Source: Acidobacteriota bacterium | Lineage (GTDB): Bacteria > Acidobacteriota > UBA6911 > RPQK01 > JAJDTT01 | Direction: 5' to 3' | Assembly: GCA_965217775.1 (NCBI GenBank) | Contig: CBDCJH010000002.1 | Span: 5,984,001-6,048,000, forward strand | DNA: 64,000 nt | Part shown: positions 1 through 8,514 of the stretch, in pieces | How the letters are laid out: each line of letters begins with the position of its first letter | How positions within the stretch are numbered: the first letter of the stretch is position 1 | The notes under the pieces: model-generated | What the model was told of the DNA's origin: nothing | The model's input: the letters and a program-made list of their open reading frames with translations, nothing else | Database searches by the model: none | Made by a program: the position numbers and the translations under genes

Positions 1-2
1 AC

Positions 3-1028
3 ACCGACCTGGGAGTCACGGGGGAGTATTTCGGGGGATTCGAGGCCGACTACGCCGTCGTCGCCGGGCTGGCCCACACCCTCATCGGCCGCAACGCCCT
101 GGAGCGGGATGCCATCTACGACGACCTGAAGCAGGCCACCCGGCAGCAGTCCCGAATGGGTATGGGGGTGGTGGACATCGCCCTCTGGGATCTGGCCGGC
201 AAGTACTATGACGCGCCCATCTATGAGCTTCTCGGCGGACCGGCCGGCAAGAAGCTCCCCTGCTACGCGAGCACCTACGTCGGCGATTACGAAGAGGGAG
301 GGCTCAACAGCCCCGAGGCGTACGCCGACTTCGCCGAGGAATGCCTGGAAATGGGCTATCCCGGCTTCAAGATCCACGGCTGGCAGGACGCCCCTCTCAA
401 GGACCAGATCGAATTGGTCCGGGCCGTGGGACGGAGAGTGGGAGGACGGATGGACTTGATGCTGGATCCCTTCTGCGCCATCCGAACCTTCGCCCATGCC
501 CTGAAGCTGGGCCGGGCCTGCGACGAGTTCGACTATTTCTGGTACGAGGACCCGTTCCGGGACGGCGGGGTCTCGGCTTTCGCCCACCGGAAACTGCGCC
601 AGCTCATCAAGACACCGCTCCTTCAGTTGGAGCATCTGAGGGGGCTGGAGTCGCATGTGGACTTCATCGTGGCCGACGGCACCGACTTCGTCCGTATCGA
701 TACCGACTACGACGGTGGCATCACCGGGGTGATGAAGATCGCCCACGCCGCCGAGGGCTTCGGCCTGGACGTGGAGCTGCATGGACCGGGCCCGGACCGG
801 CGGCACGTGATGGCCGCCATCCGCAACACCAACTACTACGAAATGGGCCTGCTCCATCCCCAACTGGGTCCCTTCCACATGGCGCCCTTCAAGTGCGGTT
901 ATCGGGACGCCATCGACGCCGTCGATGCGGACGGCTGCGTCGTCGCCCCCGACGGTCCGGGACTGGGCGTCGAGTATGACTGGGACTACATCGGCGACCA
1001 CTGCACGGACCGGGCGGAGTACAAATAG
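3..1028 (+). CDS. Mandelate racemase/muconate lactonizing (enolase superfamily) enzyme, 5'-partial
   Basis: Frame is open from position 3 (TDLGVTGEY...). Motifs VDIALWDLAGK, GFKIH, LMLD, WYEDP and the C-terminal PDGPGLGVE. Confidence 0.9.
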   Translation, partial: TDLGVTGEYFGGFEADYAVVAGLAHTLIGRNALERDAIYDDLKQATRQQSRMGMGVVDIALWDLAGKYYDAPIYELLGGPAGKKLPCYASTYVGDYEEGGLNSPEAYADFAEECLEMGYPGFKIHGWQDAPLKDQIELVRAVGRRVGGRMDLMLDPFCAIRTFAHALKLGRACDEFDYFWYEDPFRDGGVSAFAHRKLRQLIKTPLLQLEHLRGLESHVDFIVADGTDFVRIDTDYDGGITGVMKIAHAAEGFGLDVELHGPGPDRRHVMAAIRNTNYYEMGLLHPQLGPFHMAPFKCGYRDAIDAVDADGCVVAPDGPGLGVEYDWDYIGDHCTDRAEYK

Positions 1029-1069
1029 GGCGCGCTCGAGCCGTTTCGAGACCGGAGGATTGAACTGAG

Positions 1070-2461
1070 ATGGGCACGCAGGGTTGGCAGGATTATCTCA
1101 AGGACCATCAGGACCGGTGGATCGAGGAACTGAGCGATTTCCTGACCATCCCCAGCATCTCGGCGCTACCCGAGCACGCCGGTGACGTGCAGCAAGCGGC
1201 CCGTTGGGTCGGCGACCGGTTGCAGGGGGCGGGCATCGAGAACGTCGAGGTCCTCCCCACCGAAGGGCATCCCGTGGTCTACGGCGACTGGCTTCACGCC
1301 TCGGACCGCCCCACGCTCCTGGTCTATGGACATTTCGACGTGCAGCCGGTGGATCCGGTGGAACTCTGGAGCCACCCTCCCTTCGAGCCGGTGGTCCGGG
1401 ACGGCCGGATCTACGCTCGAGGCTCGTCCGACGACAAGGGGAACATGCTGGCTCCGATCCTGGCCGTTCAGGCCCTGCTGGAGACCACGGGGACCCTCCC
1501 CTTGAACCTGAAATTCCTGCTGGAGGGCCAGGAGGAGATCGGAAGCCCCCATCTTCCCCCCTTCATGAAGGCCGAGGCGGGACGGTTCGCGGCCGACATG
1601 GCGGTGAGCGCCGACGGCTCCCAGTGGAGCGAGGAGGAGCCGGCCACCTGGGTCTCGCTACGCGGTCTCTGCGGTTTGCAGATCAATGTCCATGGACCTT
1701 CCCGGGATCTGCATTCGGGACTCTTCGGAGGTGCCGTCCAGAACCCCGTGCACGCCCTGGTTCGGCTGCTGGACTCCATGCGCGCGGCCGACGGCCGAGT
1801 TCTGGTGCAGGGCTTCTACGACGACGTACGACAGCCCGACGACAGGTTGAGGAGCGAGCTGGCCCGGGTACCCTACCGGGAGGCGGAACTGCTGGCCTCC
1901 ATCGGAGTGAGTGAGACGTTCGGCGAGCCGGGTTACAGCACCTACGAGCGGGAGTGGATTCGGCCGACCCTGGAGATCAACGGCATCTGGGGAGGTTTCC
2001 AGGGAGACGGTATGAAGACGGTCCTGCCTCGCCAGGCTCACGCCAAGGTCACCTGCCGCCTGGTGGCCGATCAGGAGCCGGACCGGATCTTGGAGGCCGT
2101 CACCCGTCACGTCGAGCAGAACACGCCTCCCGGCGTCGAGGCGGAGGTCGTCGCCCTGGGATCGTCGTCCATGCCCTACTCCATCCCCATCGATCACCCG
2201 GGAAACCGGACGGCCGGCGAAGTGCTGGAGGAACTCTACGGCAAAAAGCCCTACGTGGTTGGGTCCGGCGGTAGTATCGCCACCTGCGGACTCATCCTGG
2301 ACCACCTGGGGATCCACACCGTGAATCTCTCCTTCGGCCTGGATGACGAATGCGCCCACAGTCCCGACGAGTTCTTCCGTCTCGCCAGTTTCGAGCGGGC
2401 CCAGATCGCCCACGGCAGGTTCATGGAGGTCCTGGCCACCGACTCCGGTCTCGGATCTTGA
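1070..2461 (+). CDS. M20-family dipeptidase/metallohydrolase
   Basis: YGHFDVQP, RGSSDDKG, EGQEEIGSP, DLHSG and AHSPDE motifs. Confidence 0.92.
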   Translation: MGTQGWQDYLKDHQDRWIEELSDFLTIPSISALPEHAGDVQQAARWVGDRLQGAGIENVEVLPTEGHPVVYGDWLHASDRPTLLVYGHFDVQPVDPVELWSHPPFEPVVRDGRIYARGSSDDKGNMLAPILAVQALLETTGTLPLNLKFLLEGQEEIGSPHLPPFMKAEAGRFAADMAVSADGSQWSEEEPATWVSLRGLCGLQINVHGPSRDLHSGLFGGAVQNPVHALVRLLDSMRAADGRVLVQGFYDDVRQPDDRLRSELARVPYREAELLASIGVSETFGEPGYSTYEREWIRPTLEINGIWGGFQGDGMKTVLPRQAHAKVTCRLVADQEPDRILEAVTRHVEQNTPPGVEAEVVALGSSSMPYSIPIDHPGNRTAGEVLEELYGKKPYVVGSGGSIATCGLILDHLGIHTVNLSFGLDDECAHSPDEFFRLASFERAQIAHGRFMEVLATDSGLGS

Positions 2462-2476
2462 TGAACTGGAGCAGCC

Positions 2477-2499
2477 GGGAAGGTTCTGCAACCTTTCCC
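2477..2499. terminator. Possible terminator hairpin between convergent genes
   Basis: GGGAAGGTT-CTGC-AACCTTTCCC inverted repeat just after the stop codon; no strong U-tract. Confidence 0.3.
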
Positions 2500-2789
2500 T
2501 CGATTTGAACAACTGATGATTCAACTCCCCATAACCAAGAAAGTAGGGGCGCCCTTTCGCCGTTTCCCAGGGTCGCTCTAAGATAAGTTTGAATTTGCAA
2601 GGTGAATTTGCAAGATCGACCTTGCTACAGGCGCATACGACTCCGGCCGGTATGGGGAGTAAGCGTTTGAATCGGGAAGAATGGTCGCCGTGAAGATCTT
2701 GCCGGTCCCGGTGCCGCGCCAGCCCGTCTCCGCAGGGCAGCAGAGTTCTGACCGCTCGCCCGGCGAGAAACCGCTCGATACGCGTTCGC

Positions 2790-4109
2790 TCAGGCGACGC
2801 CGCACCAGTCCATGGCCACCTGGGCATAAGCCTTGGTGGCGACCATCAACTCCGAGATGTCCAGGAACTCGTCCACGGCGTGGGCCTGGAGCAGGCTTCC
2901 GGGACCGTACACCAGGCTGGGAATCCCTTTGGCGCTCAGGAACGCCGCGTCGCACACGGCGTAGAATCCCTGCATGGCGGCGGGTCCCTCGAAGGGCGTG
3001 CCACGGGCGGCGGTCTCATGGGCCGCGGCCATGGCCTTGCAGATGGGATGCTCCCGGTCCACCGAGAAGGGTGGCCAATGCAGCTTCCACTCCACTTCCG
3101 GGGGATTCTCGCGGAGCCACTCGTCCAACTGGGCGGCGTGGTGGATCTGGTTCTCCACCTCCTGTTTGACCTCTTCCTCCGACTGCTCCGGGTGGTACCA
3201 GATGGCGTACTCGATGGTGCAGTACTCGGAAATGAAGAAGGGGACTCCCACGCCGTGGGGCGCTCCCATGACCACTCCGGGGTGGAGCGTGAAATGCCCG
3301 GGCTTGAACAGGTCGTGGACCTTGGTGAGCCCCCATTCGTCTTCCAGCTTTCGGAGGCACTCGAAGATGAACACGCCCTTGTCGATGGCGTTGACGGCCA
3401 CGCTGGCTCCGAAACCGCCGGCTCGGAAGGTCTCGGCCCGGGTGGACGCATGACTCGACTTGCCGCGGCAGGTGACCGCCATCCAGAGGAGGCCTGGACT
3501 GATGGGAACGATCGCCAGGGGCCGCACCGGCGCCGAGGCCTCGGAGACCACGGCCGCATCCGCCCGGTAGCCTCTTCGAACCGTGGCCGTGACGCCCGCC
3601 TCGTGGTCCATCACCTCTTCGCCCACCACGCTCTCCAGGAGCAGATCCCCCTTGAGCCGGATCCCCAGCCGCTGCAGCGCCTGGGCCGCCATGGCTTGGC
3701 TCACCACCGGACCCTTCATGTCGCAGGAACCCCGGCCGTAGATCTTTCCCCCGTCCACCTTGCCGCTGAAAGGGTCGGACCATCTCCAGTCTTCCGGCCG
3801 TCCGGTGGGCACGGTATCGATGTGGCCGTTGAAGATAAGGGACTGTCCCCCGCCGGCTCCCTTGAGGACGCCCACGGCGTTGGCTCGGCGGGCCTCTGCT
3901 TCCCAGACGTCGACTTCGCACCCGACGGTCCGGTAGAGCTCCGCCACGATCTGGTTGGCATTGGTCTCCCCTCCCAGGACCTCTTCCTTGACCACTCCCG
4001 GATACTTGGGATTGATGCTGGGAATCCGGACGACTTCGCTGATCTTCTCGACGATCTCGTCCTGCATTCCGTCGATGGTCTCGAATACCTTGGCCGTGAG
4101 TTCCGTCAT
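2790..4109 (-). CDS. ArgE/DapE-family M20 deacylase
   Basis: FNGHIDTVP, GRGSCDMKG, VVGEE, GKSSHA and AHAVDE motifs. Confidence 0.92.
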   Translation of the reverse strand: MTELTAKVFETIDGMQDEIVEKISEVVRIPSINPKYPGVVKEEVLGGETNANQIVAELYRTVGCEVDVWEAEARRANAVGVLKGAGGGQSLIFNGHIDTVPTGRPEDWRWSDPFSGKVDGGKIYGRGSCDMKGPVVSQAMAAQALQRLGIRLKGDLLLESVVGEEVMDHEAGVTATVRRGYRADAAVVSEASAPVRPLAIVPISPGLLWMAVTCRGKSSHASTRAETFRAGGFGASVAVNAIDKGVFIFECLRKLEDEWGLTKVHDLFKPGHFTLHPGVVMGAPHGVGVPFFISEYCTIEYAIWYHPEQSEEEVKQEVENQIHHAAQLDEWLRENPPEVEWKLHWPPFSVDREHPICKAMAAAHETAARGTPFEGPAAMQGFYAVCDAAFLSAKGIPSLVYGPGSLLQAHAVDEFLDISELMVATKAYAQVAMDWCGVA

Positions 4110-4254
4110 GATTGACTCCTTGATGGTCTAATCTGCCTGAAATTTGGCGGTTCGGATGCTATGGGCTGACCGCCGCCCGGTCAAGCCCTCGGGCGCCGAA
4201 CCCGAGCGCCGGGGGCGTTACGTCCGGCCGGACCGCCGGACCTGTGATCGAGCC

Positions 4255-6957
4255 CTACAGAGAAACCCCGAGGGGACCCCGGGTGATCTGGAAATCCACG
4301 TTTCCCTGGTCCTGAAGCACGGGAACGTATCTTCCCGAGGCCAAGTCCAGAACCAGAGCCGACAGCCTCTCCTCCCACGTCTCGGGAGGACCCGTGAGGA
4401 CGAGGTCCAGGTCCTGACCCCGGTCCCCGGCCATGCTCCCGGCAGCGGACACCTGCAGCGTCGGGACCATGACGTGCCCCGGCAGGGGTTCCTGGCCGAC
4501 CCATACCAGGAGGATCTCCGCTCCTGTCGCCCCCAAGCCGGTCAGGAGCTCGACCCCGTGGTCGGTAGCGGCTTCCATGATCTGCAGGCCCGTCCCCTGC
4601 GCCTTCTCTCCGAAGAGAAGTGTAGGCCCCGACAGGTCCGGCTCCAAGAGGATCTCCCGCCACGGCGGGCTCTCCATCAGGGCATCCCCTTGCGGGATCA
4701 CGACGGTGGCGCCCGCATGGACAAAACGCTGTACGAAAGCGCTCAGAGCCCGGCAGGCGGCCTCGGTCAGCCGGCCCGAAGTCAGGACTGCCATCCTCAA
4801 CGATTCCAGTCCCACGGCTTGCCGCCGGGGAGAGGATCGGCCCGAGAGTGCGTCCTGAAACCAGCTTTCCACCCTGTGTCCGACCTTCTCGATCCCTCCG
4901 TCCAACTGGATGCTGGCCTTGCCGTAGGCTTCGACGTCGCCTCCCATCCGGGTCAACTGCCCGGTCATGTAGTCGTTATGGGTCGCCTCGCAACCGTGCT
5001 CCAGGAAAAGGCCGGCCGCGACCGTGGGATGAGTCAGATGGCCCAGGAGGGTACGCGAGTAGAGTTGCCGCGTCTGACCTCCCGAGCAACCGCAGCCTTC
5101 GGTGTGAGGGAGCGCCACGAACCGGGAAACGGAGCGGTCCTTCCCTGCCTGCCGGCGGTTGAGCCGCAGGGCGAGGAGACGGGCAATCTGGCTGGAGCAG
5201 AGGCTGGTGGGCAGTATGAGTCCGACCTGACGGGTGACCCAGCCTTCGGGGGTCCGGATTCCGTCGAACTGGAGCCGGCGACCGGAAACGGGGGCTTTGA
5301 GCCGGATCGGGACCTCCACCTGCGGCCGGCGCACGTTCTGGAGACGGACCAGGTTGGAGTCGTCGGACTGTTGCCAGTTCCGCCAGAGTGAGACCTGGGA
5401 GTGACCCGCCTTCTCGCCGACACTCCGGAGACCCGAAGCCACCCGCAAGCTCAGGTCCAACAGTTCCCGGCCCAGCTCCGGGAGGGGCGTCCCCTCCAGA
5501 TAGGCGCCGGCGTTGAAGTCCATGTCCCGCGAGAGCAGACGGAATCGTCCGCTTGTGGTGACGATCTTGATGGTGGGAACGAAGGGGAAGTTGGTGACCG
5601 ACCCGTTACCGGTGGTGAAGAAGATGAGGTTGGTTCCCGAGGCCACCTGACCGGCGAGGCTTTCCAGGTCGTTGCCGGGGCTGTCCATGAAGTAATAACC
5701 CGGCTCCGTCATCCGCTGGGCATAGTCGATGACGTAATCGAGCCGCACGCCGGGGTGGCGCTTGGTGGCGGCTCCCAGGGACTTGATCCCGATGTTGTAG
5801 AGTCCCCGGAGGATGTTGCCGCCGGAGGGGTTGCCCTGGGCCGATTCGCCGTGCCACGCGGCCCGCTCCTGAAACTGGGCCACCTTGGATAGAAAAGTCC
5901 GTGCCGTCGCCAGGTCGCGGACATTCTGGAGCACGTAAGCCTCGGCCCCGATGAGCTCATCGGTTTCGGCCAGATTGGCCGATCCTCCCTGGCGCAGGAG
6001 CTCCCTGGCAACCCAGCCCGAGAGAGGATTCGCGGAAATGCCGGAGAAGGCGTCCGAACCGCCGCACTGGAGAGCCAGGCGCAGGCTCGTCATTGGCTGG
6101 GGCGAACGCCGGCAGGCATTGATTCGCGGAAGCCAGTCCCGCACGATTCGCTCGCTCCGGCTCAATTCGTTCCGGAAGCTGTCCTCCAGGGTAAGGAAAT
6201 GGTGCGGGACGTCCTCGAGGGGATAGCCTTTTCGCAGCAGGTGCCGTCGCAGGCGGCCGTTGGTCACGGCTTCGGTCCCGCGGTCCACGCAGAGCACGGC
6301 TCCCACGTTGGGATGGACCACGAACCCTGAGAGGGTGGAAAGAACCAGTTCCAGGTTGTTGGGGTCCTCATCCTGCCCCCCCTCGGTGTGGGCCACGGCC
6401 ACGACGCCGTCCACGTTCTCCAGTGGCTCGGCTTCACCCTTGAGCCGTTCGGCCAGGATCCGGGCGAAGCTGCCGGTGCGGGAGGAAGTTCCCAGGATCA
6501 CGATGTAGTTGCGGGTCCCCACCCCTCGGGCCGGAGACCTTTCGTAGCCCAGGAAGGTCCTGCCCGGAAGGTCGCGGGGCGCCTGGAGACCCGGCTGGAA
6601 TCCGTCCTCGTCCATGAGGTAGGGGTCGATCCGATCCTCGAAGTTGGGCGCCTCAGGCAGGGAGATCTCCAGGTTCCGGCCGGAGAGGGCCTCCACGGCC
6701 CTCCGATTGCAAACGTAATTTCCCGGCGCGATGTCCCGGCAGGCGAATCCGAAGGGAAATCCCCAGGACAGAAGCGCTTCCCCCTCGGCTATGGGGGCAA
6801 CGGCGAATCGATGCCCCTCCAGTACGGTGTGATCCAGAACCAGCTCGCCGCCCTGGTATTCGATCCGGGTCCCTGGAGCTAGGGTGCGGATGGCGATGGC
6901 GACGTTGTCGACGGGAGCGGGGAGCCTTCCAATTTCTTGGAACTGGTAGTGTGGCAT
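4255..6957 (-). CDS. UxaA/GarD-family (altronate/galactarate) dehydratase-like protein, 900 aa, with an internal duplication
   Basis: N-terminal SAF-like DNVAIA...GHRFA, then GVGTRNY, HTEGG, HPNVGAVL, QCGGSD, GNPSGGN, FMDSPGND. A second HTEGCG...HPTVAAGL...GCE module follows in the C-terminal half. Confidence 0.85.
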   Translation of the reverse strand: MPHYQFQEIGRLPAPVDNVAIAIRTLAPGTRIEYQGGELVLDHTVLEGHRFAVAPIAEGEALLSWGFPFGFACRDIAPGNYVCNRRAVEALSGRNLEISLPEAPNFEDRIDPYLMDEDGFQPGLQAPRDLPGRTFLGYERSPARGVGTRNYIVILGTSSRTGSFARILAERLKGEAEPLENVDGVVAVAHTEGGQDEDPNNLELVLSTLSGFVVHPNVGAVLCVDRGTEAVTNGRLRRHLLRKGYPLEDVPHHFLTLEDSFRNELSRSERIVRDWLPRINACRRSPQPMTSLRLALQCGGSDAFSGISANPLSGWVARELLRQGGSANLAETDELIGAEAYVLQNVRDLATARTFLSKVAQFQERAAWHGESAQGNPSGGNILRGLYNIGIKSLGAATKRHPGVRLDYVIDYAQRMTEPGYYFMDSPGNDLESLAGQVASGTNLIFFTTGNGSVTNFPFVPTIKIVTTSGRFRLLSRDMDFNAGAYLEGTPLPELGRELLDLSLRVASGLRSVGEKAGHSQVSLWRNWQQSDDSNLVRLQNVRRPQVEVPIRLKAPVSGRRLQFDGIRTPEGWVTRQVGLILPTSLCSSQIARLLALRLNRRQAGKDRSVSRFVALPHTEGCGCSGGQTRQLYSRTLLGHLTHPTVAAGLFLEHGCEATHNDYMTGQLTRMGGDVEAYGKASIQLDGGIEKVGHRVESWFQDALSGRSSPRRQAVGLESLRMAVLTSGRLTEAACRALSAFVQRFVHAGATVVIPQGDALMESPPWREILLEPDLSGPTLLFGEKAQGTGLQIMEAATDHGVELLTGLGATGAEILLVWVGQEPLPGHVMVPTLQVSAAGSMAGDRGQDLDLVLTGPPETWEERLSALVLDLASGRYVPVLQDQGNVDFQITRGPLGVSL

Positions 6958-7021
6958 GGTCTTCAGAGAGGGAACACGGTCCCTCCTCGTTCACCCCCGT
7001 CCGCGCTGCCGGAGCGCTCCC

Positions 7022-7588
7022 CTACTTGATGAGGGAGGCCACCTGTTTGAACTCGGCGGTGCCCGAGACTTCCAGGAGCTCGAACAGAGCCGACTCGACA
7101 CTGGTCAGGATCACCCCCGACCGGGCCATGCGATCCAGCGCCGTCCGGTAGTCCAGCTCCTTGCGGGAGGCGACGGCGTCCACGGCCAACTGGACCTGAA
7201 AATCCCGGGAGAGCAGATCCAGAGCCGTCTGCTGCACGCAGACATGCGCCTCCGTCCCCGAGACCAGGATCTGCCGGACTCCCTGACTCCGGATGTTGGA
7301 AACCAGGTCCGGGGCCCCGCAACAACTGAAGGTAGCCTTCACCACGGCGGAGTTCCCGCCGAGCGCCTCCAGGATCCCGGGTTCGGTGTGACCGAGACCC
7401 TTGGGGTACTGCTCGGTGACGAAGATGGGAAGGCCCAGGATCCGGAATCCGCGGACCAGCTTGACGATTTCGGCGACCATAGCCTGGCCGCTTCGGACCG
7501 CCTTCGTAAGCCTGGTCTGGACGTCCACCACCAGCAGGGCCGTGTGAGCCCGATTCAGGATTTGAGGGTGGCGCTTCATGGCATTCAC
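7022..7588 (-). CDS. Isochorismatase-family hydrolase
   Basis: VVDVQ, TEQYPKGLG, KATFSC and GTEAHVCVQQTALDL motifs. Confidence 0.92.
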   Translation of the reverse strand: MNAMKRHPQILNRAHTALLVVDVQTRLTKAVRSGQAMVAEIVKLVRGFRILGLPIFVTEQYPKGLGHTEPGILEALGGNSAVVKATFSCCGAPDLVSNIRSQGVRQILVSGTEAHVCVQQTALDLLSRDFQVQLAVDAVASRKELDYRTALDRMARSGVILTSVESALFELLEVSGTAEFKQVASLIK

Positions 7589-7607
7589 GGACGGCGACCG
7601 GAGCGCC

Positions 7608-8300
7608 TCAGTCGTCCCGGCCTCCCAGAAGGCCGGCTCGCAGCAGGAAATAGAGCAACGTCATCAAGGTGGAGACGGCGGCGGCCACATAGGTCAGGGC
7701 GGCCGCGTTGAGCACGCGGTCCACGCCGCGCCGTTCCTGGGCCGTGACGATACCCTGTTCCACGGCCAGCTTCTTGGCCCGTGCCGACGCATCGAACTCC
7801 ACGGGAAGGGTCACGACCTGGAAGGCCAGGACGGCCGAAAAGAGGATCGCTCCCACCAGGACCATGTCCTGGCTGGCCATGAAAAGGCCCACGAGCATGA
7901 CGATGTATCCCACCGAGGACCCGATGTTGGCCGTCGGAACCAGGATCGACCTGAGCCAGAGCGGTCCGTAGCCCTCGGCGTGCTGGATGGCATGTCCGGC
8001 TTCGTGGCAGGCCACACCGATGGCGGCCACCGAAGAGGAGCGGTAGACGTTCTCGGACAGCGCCAGGGTCTTGTTCGTCGGGTTGTAATGGTCCGACAGC
8101 ATTCCCGCCGTCTGCACGATCTTCACGTCGCTGATGCCGGCGTAATTCAAGAGCTGGCGGGCCGCCTGGGCTCCGGTGAGGCCCCGCATGGACAGGACTT
8201 TGGAGTATTTGTTGAAAGCCGATTTGGTCTTGAAGCTGGCCCACAGGGAAAGACCCAGGGCCGGCAGAATCATCATCAAATAAAGCGGATCGAAAAACAT
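7608..8300 (-). CDS. Membrane zinc metallopeptidase (YugP/Zn_peptidase_2-like)
   Basis: LSDHYNP, HEAGHAIQH (HExxH), TLPVEFDAS and AAALTYVAA. Start placed at MFFDPLY. Confidence 0.9.
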   Translation of the reverse strand: MFFDPLYLMMILPALGLSLWASFKTKSAFNKYSKVLSMRGLTGAQAARQLLNYAGISDVKIVQTAGMLSDHYNPTNKTLALSENVYRSSSVAAIGVACHEAGHAIQHAEGYGPLWLRSILVPTANIGSSVGYIVMLVGLFMASQDMVLVGAILFSAVLAFQVVTLPVEFDASARAKKLAVEQGIVTAQERRGVDRVLNAAALTYVAAAVSTLMTLLYFLLRAGLLGGRDD

Positions 8301-8514
8301 GGACTCACCTCCATCGGGATGGATTGCCGGCGCCGCCAGCATCCGCTCCCGATACTATCCCGTATTTCCTGCGTCCAGTCCACCCGGACCGCGCCGAGTG
8401 GAAATCGCCTCCAGTGAACCGGACTCGGTTGCACGAAGCCCAGCCGGCATATGCAATCCGGCCGGTAAGATATTATACGATAGAGATCGAGAAACGGTTT
8501 CGTCAGAGGAGCTT

